Shown: positions 47,632 through 53,399 of the stretch, piece after piece | Layout of the letters: each line of letters opens with the position of its first letter | Position numbering within the stretch: the stretch's first letter is position 1 | Origin: Candidatus Nanohalarchaeota archaeon | GTDB lineage: Archaea; Nanohalarchaeota; Nanosalinia; Nanosalinales; Nanoanaerosalinaceae | Assembly: GCA_022729255.1 (NCBI GenBank) | Contig: JALDAG010000002.1 | Span: 1 to 53,399, forward strand | Direction of reading: 5' to 3' | Length of the DNA: 53,399 nt | Program-made: the position numbers and the translations under genes | Notes under the pieces: generated by a model | Databases searched by the model: none | What the model saw: the letters and a program-made list of their open reading frames with translations, nothing else | Told to the model about the DNA's origin: nothing

Positions 47632-50107
47632 CTATATCTTCTCCTAGTTCTAATCCACATGTGCAGATTCCTTCGTTTTCAACATTTACTTCACATTCTC
47701 CATCCGAATCCCATTCAGACCATAGGATTTCTTCTTCATCAAAATCGTGGATGGTCTTGTTTTTCATGGTTCCATCACTGTAGTAATGAACTTCTCTTGT
47801 TTTATCTTCAGTTGACTCCATTTCATACAACAGCTGTCCTGAATCATCCCACCTCTTTTCTTCAGAACCATCGGAATCAGAACTTGACTCATATACTTTT
47901 TCCGTGTCTCCGTTAACAACTTCCCACTTCTCTATCTCGGACTTTCCATCCTCTTCTCTCTTTGACTCGATCAAGTGATTCGATCCATCGACAAATTCGT
48001 ATTTTTCTAACTCCAAAAAGTCTCCTTCACGTTCTTTGAACAATTTAGGATATCTGTCACCGTTTTCTACGATATATTCTTCATGATCAAGCTTTATACT
48101 ATAATCTGTGATATCTAATAATTCGAATTCCTGTTCAACAAGCAAAACACCGTCTTCTTCAACAACGGTTTCTAGATAATTAGGTGTTATACCTCCGGAT
48201 TCTTTTAACGTATCTATATTCTTTGAACCGTCTTCTCTCTCATATCTGCACTTTTCATCGTCTTCTTCCACTGTCAAGAACTCCGCACTTTTGAAACCTC
48301 CACCGACCTCGTAGAGATAATTTATGTCCTCTTTTTCACCTACTTCACATTCATCAGGATCACCAAATTCAGGGGAATCATCGTCGGTTTCTCTATATTT
48401 TATACTGGACAAGTCAATTTCACAGACCGTTTCCAGAGGATCTTGCTCATAGGAATGATCTGTTCCGTCCCCGAACTCGGGATCCACACGGTGCTCGTTT
48501 GAAACAGTAGGGGTATAGAACTGTTCATCAGGTTTACTAGGATCAAAAGTTTCCTGTTGTACCTCCGTACTTATACCTATGTTCCATTTAACAGCATCCA
48601 TCTCTCTTGATGGCGTTCCAGGGATGTTGGGTTCTCTAGGCACTGCACTATATTTTTGGTCTTCACACTCAACAACAAAGTTAACCGTCGTGTCGAATTT
48701 TAGATGTCTGTCCATATAACCACATCCAACAGGATTGCCTAGAGCGGCTATGAACGCGTCTACTGCGGCTTCTATTATATCTCCTATTATAGGCCAATCC
48801 ATTATCCCAAAATTGTCGAAAAAATTATATACCACTTGTTCAACATCGCCTCCAGCACAAATATGGATGCCTACACCGCTATCTCCACCTATTAAACCCT
48901 CCAAAAAGGTTCCAAGGATTTCTCTTGCAACTCCGGAAATTCCACCTGTTCCTATAAAATCTAATATTTCCATCACGTCAAGACATGCGATACCGTATTC
49001 GATGTCTTCCGTGTGAGGGAAAGTTGTCCATCCATCTATTTTTATACCGGGGAAAGGATCTGAGTCAGATATTTCTTCAGTGATGGACTTTGCTGCATCT
49101 CGAGAAGACAATGTATCGATATCCTCTTCCAGTGCATCTATGGATACAGGATCGTGAATCCTGTGCTTTATATTACACTCTATGTCTTCATCTTTCATGT
49201 AGTATTCTTCAATTTCATAAGCAACTCTCTTAGAAGCGTTTAAAACAGCTTTTTCAACTTTTTCAGGTGTTTCCTCGTTTATGTGCATTGGTGCTTCTGT
49301 TCCACGCATAGCACACTGGTGCCAGGCCCACATATCGGCATGTCCCTGGGAAAATGCGGGGAAAAGGAATAGATCAGAATTTCTGCTGTACCCGTCATTT
49401 CGCCCATACTCGTATCTATGTATGTTAGGTACTTTTGAAAGCTCATAATTGGTTATGTTCTCTATTCTTTCAATCCCATGATCTTCAAAGTAATCACTCA
49501 ATTTTTCATGCATGTAAACAAACCTGTTGTGGGTCAGGGTTTCATCTACTATTATATCATGTAGTTCTATCTCCGTATCCTCAGCAGATATCTTGAAGTC
49601 TCCTATATCTATTTCGGTCTTGAAACGGTCTTCATCTACTTCAGAAATATCTACGTTTGATTCATCTAAGTTGTAGGGGTAAAGCTCCTTTACATCAGCA
49701 TCTGAAATATGTATGTCAGAGAGTTTGTCCTGCATATAAGTCGCCGTTTGGTTCTCAAGGTTGTGCAATACAAACTCCCTTGAAGGCACCTGTTCATAAC
49801 CTCTGCACACCCAGTAGTTATCTCCTTCTGAATAATCCGTTCTACCTCCTCTTTCAGCTACATCCCTTACCGATTCTTTAGTAGAAGTTCTGAAGGACTC
49901 TCTTATGTATTCCATCACATTATCTGATTCATGGATGATATCTGAAACACCGTAATCTCTGTCTTCATCCGCACTACCTGGAGCCACAGGACTGTCCCTG
50001 CTGGATACTTGATACCATGTCAGGCCAACCATAGCTACCGAGATAACTATCAACATGATTACTATGGTGCTGAAACCTTTGCTTTTGATATTCATATTAT
50101 CACTCAA
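47615..50107 (-). CDS. Large (830 aa) class III signal peptide protein, possible pilus-tip adhesin
   Basis: KSKG|FSTIVIMLIV; acidic, Cys-containing; MORN/YwqK-like repeats at the C-terminus. Confidence 0.7.
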   Translation of the reverse strand: MSDNMNIKSKGFSTIVIMLIVISVAMVGLTWYQVSSRDSPVAPGSADEDRDYGVSDIIHESDNVMEYIRESFRTSTKESVRDVAERGGRTDYSEGDNYWVCRGYEQVPSREFVLHNLENQTATYMQDKLSDIHISDADVKELYPYNLDESNVDISEVDEDRFKTEIDIGDFKISAEDTEIELHDIIVDETLTHNRFVYMHEKLSDYFEDHGIERIENITNYELSKVPNIHRYEYGRNDGYSRNSDLFLFPAFSQGHADMWAWHQCAMRGTEAPMHINEETPEKVEKAVLNASKRVAYEIEEYYMKDEDIECNIKHRIHDPVSIDALEEDIDTLSSRDAAKSITEEISDSDPFPGIKIDGWTTFPHTEDIEYGIACLDVMEILDFIGTGGISGVAREILGTFLEGLIGGDSGVGIHICAGGDVEQVVYNFFDNFGIMDWPIIGDIIEAAVDAFIAALGNPVGCGYMDRHLKFDTTVNFVVECEDQKYSAVPREPNIPGTPSREMDAVKWNIGISTEVQQETFDPSKPDEQFYTPTVSNEHRVDPEFGDGTDHSYEQDPLETVCEIDLSSIKYRETDDDSPEFGDPDECEVGEKEDINYLYEVGGGFKSAEFLTVEEDDEKCRYEREDGSKNIDTLKESGGITPNYLETVVEEDGVLLVEQEFELLDITDYSIKLDHEEYIVENGDRYPKLFKEREGDFLELEKYEFVDGSNHLIESKREEDGKSEIEKWEVVNGDTEKVYESSSDSDGSEEKRWDDSGQLLYEMESTEDKTREVHYYSDGTMKNKTIHDFDEEEILWSEWDSDGECEVNVENEGICTCGLELGEDIDEECY

Positions 50108-50579
50108 GCGGCAGTGTAAGAGTTATACGGGTTTGTTCGGTCTGAGGTATTTTGATCATGATATCCCTCGATATAGATATCCTGTTCTCCGTGATTTCCC
50201 CTCTTTCGAATTTAGGACAGGAACTTCCTCCTATCTCGAGCATATAATCTGTTTCTATTGTTTTATTTAAATAACTCTCTATATATTCTTCAGCATGATC
50301 ATTGTCCATCCATGAAACCGTTTTATCATCTTCGAAGTCGCATAAACGGCCTAAAGCTGTAAACATAGGGATATAAGTGTCTTCATCGGGTACATAAGTG
50401 GCTTCTTTTAGATTTGTCAGGTGCACTTCAGCTATGAATGCTCTCTGCCTTCTTGTAAAAGTATCTATCTGATCGGTTGTGGTGGTAGTCCTCAAAACGA
50501 AAAGGAAAAGTGTTAATGATGATACGACAAGCACTCCGACCACTATATGCATGAGATTTGCCTGACCCTTAACAGCCAT
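50100..50579 (-). CDS. Class III signal peptide (pilin-like) protein
   Basis: VKG|QANLMHIVVGVL. Confidence 0.75.
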   Translation of the reverse strand: MAVKGQANLMHIVVGVLVVSSLTLFLFVLRTTTTTDQIDTFTRRQRAFIAEVHLTNLKEATYVPDEDTYIPMFTALGRLCDFEDDKTVSWMDNDHAEEYIESYLNKTIETDYMLEIGGSSCPKFERGEITENRISISRDIMIKIPQTEQTRITLTLPLE

Positions 50580-51348
50580 CGTCATTCCCTCCATGAACGT
50601 TCAGTTCTCCGTTTTCGTATGCTATATCGAGGTAATAACTTCCTGGTGAAAGGCTGAAATCAGATTCAAGGTCTTCTCTGAGTTTTATACAGTTCATATT
50701 GGTTTTGAGACATATCTTGTCGTTTTCTGAACATATCTCCTGTTCATTTGAGTACCTGACAGTCTCATGAACATCGGTATCCTGGTTTTCAGATCTTTCA
50801 ATTATACGGTTGATGGCGCCGGCAAGCTCCTCTAGATCCCCGTCCCTTAGTTCTATCTCCATACTTCCAGGAACTCTCAACCCATCTTTTATGTCTATGG
50901 TGACTGGAAAAGTTGTCGTCATCGTGCTTGAAAGACTAGGACCTGTCGAACTTTCAAGAGCTCCGAAATGAAATTTTTCAGGTTCGCATGTACCTGCTGG
51001 CAAATTTCCAATGTTTTCAAGACAATCATGTTCTATTTTAACGCTGTAACCGTACTCGAAATCCTCAGCGCAAGACGGTTCCTTTATTCTGTATGTATCA
51101 TTGTAATCATGTAGCTTTTCAGAATCAAGGGTGTACAATGCTGTAGGATCTTCCACCCTCAGACACCTTGTTATGCTTATAAAATTGGTGTTCATTTGTT
51201 CCATGAAGTCAGCTCTTTCAACCCCTTCATCTACAAAAATCTGGAAATCCAGGACTCTGTGAAGCAGAAATATCAGTAGTAAAGCAAAAATTATGACTAT
51301 CATCGGCTTGAGATATGTGCTGAACTGTCCTTTTCTAAATCTTTTCAT
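50569..51348 (-). CDS. Class III signal peptide (pilin-like) protein
   Basis: MKRFRKG|QFSTYLKPMIVII. Confidence 0.75.
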   Translation of the reverse strand: MKRFRKGQFSTYLKPMIVIIFALLLIFLLHRVLDFQIFVDEGVERADFMEQMNTNFISITRCLRVEDPTALYTLDSEKLHDYNDTYRIKEPSCAEDFEYGYSVKIEHDCLENIGNLPAGTCEPEKFHFGALESSTGPSLSSTMTTTFPVTIDIKDGLRVPGSMEIELRDGDLEELAGAINRIIERSENQDTDVHETVRYSNEQEICSENDKICLKTNMNCIKLREDLESDFSLSPGSYYLDIAYENGELNVHGGNDDGC

Positions 51349-51359
51349 AATTATCAACT

Positions 51360-51986
51360 TTAGTCTGGTCCACCACCTATATCTACTCCTTCTCCACACG
51401 ATACTCCTCTAAAATGTTCCACCCAGGTGTTTAATTCCAGTCCGTTTAGATTAATCTTCGCGTCTAAGCCACATGTACCTATGCCAGAGTTGCCTTCAGC
51501 GAAATCATCTCTGAATAGAGTATCCTCTATGTGGTCTTCCGCATCTCCTTTTTCCATACCCTCTATCTCAGTGTAGTACTCACACATCATCAAAGAACAC
51601 CTCTCAGCATCTAATTCTATGCCGTTACTGGAGCACTGTGTAACATGAAAACATCTTATACCGTCTTCGCAGAAGCTCATATAATCTCTTTCAACCATGC
51701 CTATCCTATCATCGTTTTTTATATCTGCGGTGAATCTCTGAGCACAGTAATCCAAAGCTTTCTCGAGTATTTCCTCCTCAGTGTTAGCTGTCTGGAAGTC
51801 TATGCAACGCGTCTGACACTTGTTTTCGATCTGGGTTTCGGTTTGGATATTCTGTCTAGGAGTTTCTCTTGGAACTACCCTATATACAAAAACGGAAACA
51901 ACAAGAACAACTATCAGGACTATTGTGAACTGTACCACTGTTTCAAGTGAGAGATCACCTTTCCTCAAAATTTTTTGATACACCAT
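51360..51986 (-). CDS. Cys-rich class III signal peptide (pilin-like) protein
   Basis: LRKG|DLSLETVVQFTIV with E at +5; 10 Cys. Confidence 0.78.
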   Translation of the reverse strand: MVYQKILRKGDLSLETVVQFTIVLIVVLVVSVFVYRVVPRETPRQNIQTETQIENKCQTRCIDFQTANTEEEILEKALDYCAQRFTADIKNDDRIGMVERDYMSFCEDGIRCFHVTQCSSNGIELDAERCSLMMCEYYTEIEGMEKGDAEDHIEDTLFRDDFAEGNSGIGTCGLDAKINLNGLELNTWVEHFRGVSCGEGVDIGGGPD

Positions 51987-51988
51987 AT

Positions 51989-53399
51989 CTAATCCTCCAA
52001 GTCTTCGATTTCGTCGGGATGGTCGTGAATTATGTTTTCAATAGCGGATTGCAGAATCTGGGCTGCTCTTTCACTCACGTAATCCCTTACAAAGTCCAAG
52101 TATTCATCTGGTATCTCGTCTGCAATGTCTGAAAGTTGACCGTCGAGAAGATCTTCATCCACAAAGTCTATTATATAATCAAGAGCCATATCAGCAACCT
52201 CAGAAAGTATATGAGCCATGATAATTTCGAAAAGAGTGTCCTCCCAACTACTTAAAACCATTTGTTGGAAATCAACGGGCATACCGGTCTCAGTGTAATC
52301 ATAATCTTCAAGGTCTTCTATATTATCTTTACAGTAAACAGGCAGCTCATGATCATCACCACAAGTTATGTACCCTACTTCGTCACACTTTTCTATCTCT
52401 GAATCGTCCATAACATCTTGATACATCTCGATACATTCCTCAACTTCTTCTTCCTTTTCAAATTGCAGTCTCACTGAATCATAACCGAATTCGTAGCCCT
52501 CCCATTGAGTTAATAACTCTACTTCCAGATTGTTCCAGTACATGGGCTGTAAATCCTCTATCTCGGAAGCTTCAATGCTAAAAGTTTCGGAGTAATCGTT
52601 GAAAACATCTTCATTTATATCAAATTCTTTTTCTAAGGTCGTGATTTCATCATCTAAAATCAAATAAGCTTTTTCGAGTTCCAAAGGATCTTCAAAATTG
52701 TTTCTAGCTTCCCACTCAATGTTTAAGTCCTGTCCCTGATTGTAAGTATCGCCGTCCTCAAAATTAAGAATGTCTAATGATAAATCGGCTTCCTGAAAAT
52801 TAGCCTCAACATACCTATCCTGATCCATGACCACGTAACACCTGTGATTATCGATGTAGTCACAATCTCCCTCCCAGAACTCGAAGCTAGATCCTTCTTC
52901 AGGAGTTGCTCTGACAGTGACATTGTCGGGATCTCTTAAAGAATCTCCTCCTTTAAAGGTATGTGGTCTGTCACGTGTCTCTTTTGGTGTTACCCTCCCA
53001 GCACCATTTAAACCTATCTCAAGTTCATGTTTATCAACAACAGCAGACCATTCGGAAAAAGGGATGTCATCATAATCATCCAGGTTTCTAAGAACTCTGT
53101 GAACCTCTAAATCAGCTTCTCCGGAACCTCCGTAAACATAATCCTCTTCTTGTTTCTCTGTAATTGGACATTTTGTCCTAAGGTCTTCGTCAGTGTCTCC
53201 ACCGCTATACTCGTTTTCAACCTTTTCAACCACATATTCGCACTTTTCATCCTCGAAGACCACGTTGTATGTGTTGGTTTCGTATGGTGGCCAGTAGAAG
53301 TTCCATATTTCTTGTTCTGTTAGGTCGTATTGTAGTAGTTCTGTGTGTTCGTTTAGTTGTTCTGTTATGCATTGTCCTGTTTCGCAGTTGTATGGTAGT
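51989..53399 (-). CDS. 3' part of a large acidic surface protein with an InlB B-repeat-like domain (5'-truncated)
   Basis: The frame stays open from 53263 to the window edge; G.G.V..VT.RATP..G..F..W.GDC..C.V.MD.DR.V.ANF motif. Confidence 0.75.
   Translation of the reverse strand, partial: LPYNCETGQCITEQLNEHTELLQYDLTEQEIWNFYWPPYETNTYNVVFEDEKCEYVVEKVENEYSGGDTDEDLRTKCPITEKQEEDYVYGGSGEADLEVHRVLRNLDDYDDIPFSEWSAVVDKHELEIGLNGAGRVTPKETRDRPHTFKGGDSLRDPDNVTVRATPEEGSSFEFWEGDCDYIDNHRCYVVMDQDRYVEANFQEADLSLDILNFEDGDTYNQGQDLNIEWEARNNFEDPLELEKAYLILDDEITTLEKEFDINEDVFNDYSETFSIEASEIEDLQPMYWNNLEVELLTQWEGYEFGYDSVRLQFEKEEEVEECIEMYQDVMDDSEIEKCDEVGYITCGDDHELPVYCKDNIEDLEDYDYTETGMPVDFQQMVLSSWEDTLFEIIMAHILSEVADMALDYIIDFVDEDLLDGQLSDIADEIPDEYLDFVRDYVSERAAQILQSAIENIIHDHPDEIEDLED

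Overview
A 53.4 kb stretch of an archaeal chromosome. It is most consistent with a DPANN archaeon (Nanohaloarchaeota/Aenigmatarchaeota-like); this is inferred from gene content and order, not from a search. Core content: aIF6, eIF2-gamma, aIF5B, S6e, the rpoH-B''-B'-A'-A''-L30e-nusA-S12-S7 cluster, the S13-S4-S11-rpoD-tRNA-Leu-L18e-L13-S9-rpoN cluster, and tRNA-Gly(CCC), tRNA-Pro(GGG) and a two-intron tRNA-Leu(TAA). Accessory content: a 1990-aa acidic CARDB/GEVED surface protein, ZnuABC, TrkAH, three MscS-family genes and a long tandem array of class III signal peptide (pilin-like) genes. The best candidate for an undescribed system is at 13.8-19.1 kb. An MscS-type channel fused to a C39/phytochelatin-synthase-like Cys-His-Asp protease overlaps two RimK-like ATP-grasp genes (one intact, one degenerate), and these face an M14 deacylase and a DUF1611-like P-loop gene. 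Other notable signals: a shared C-terminal helical module on RpoA'' and the gene upstream of aIF6, a P-loop Asp-to-Asn change in aIF5B, mutually complementary tRNA introns, a degenerate HIT motif, and an abrupt switch to A/C-only third codon positions at the right edge. All family calls come from motif recognition by eye.
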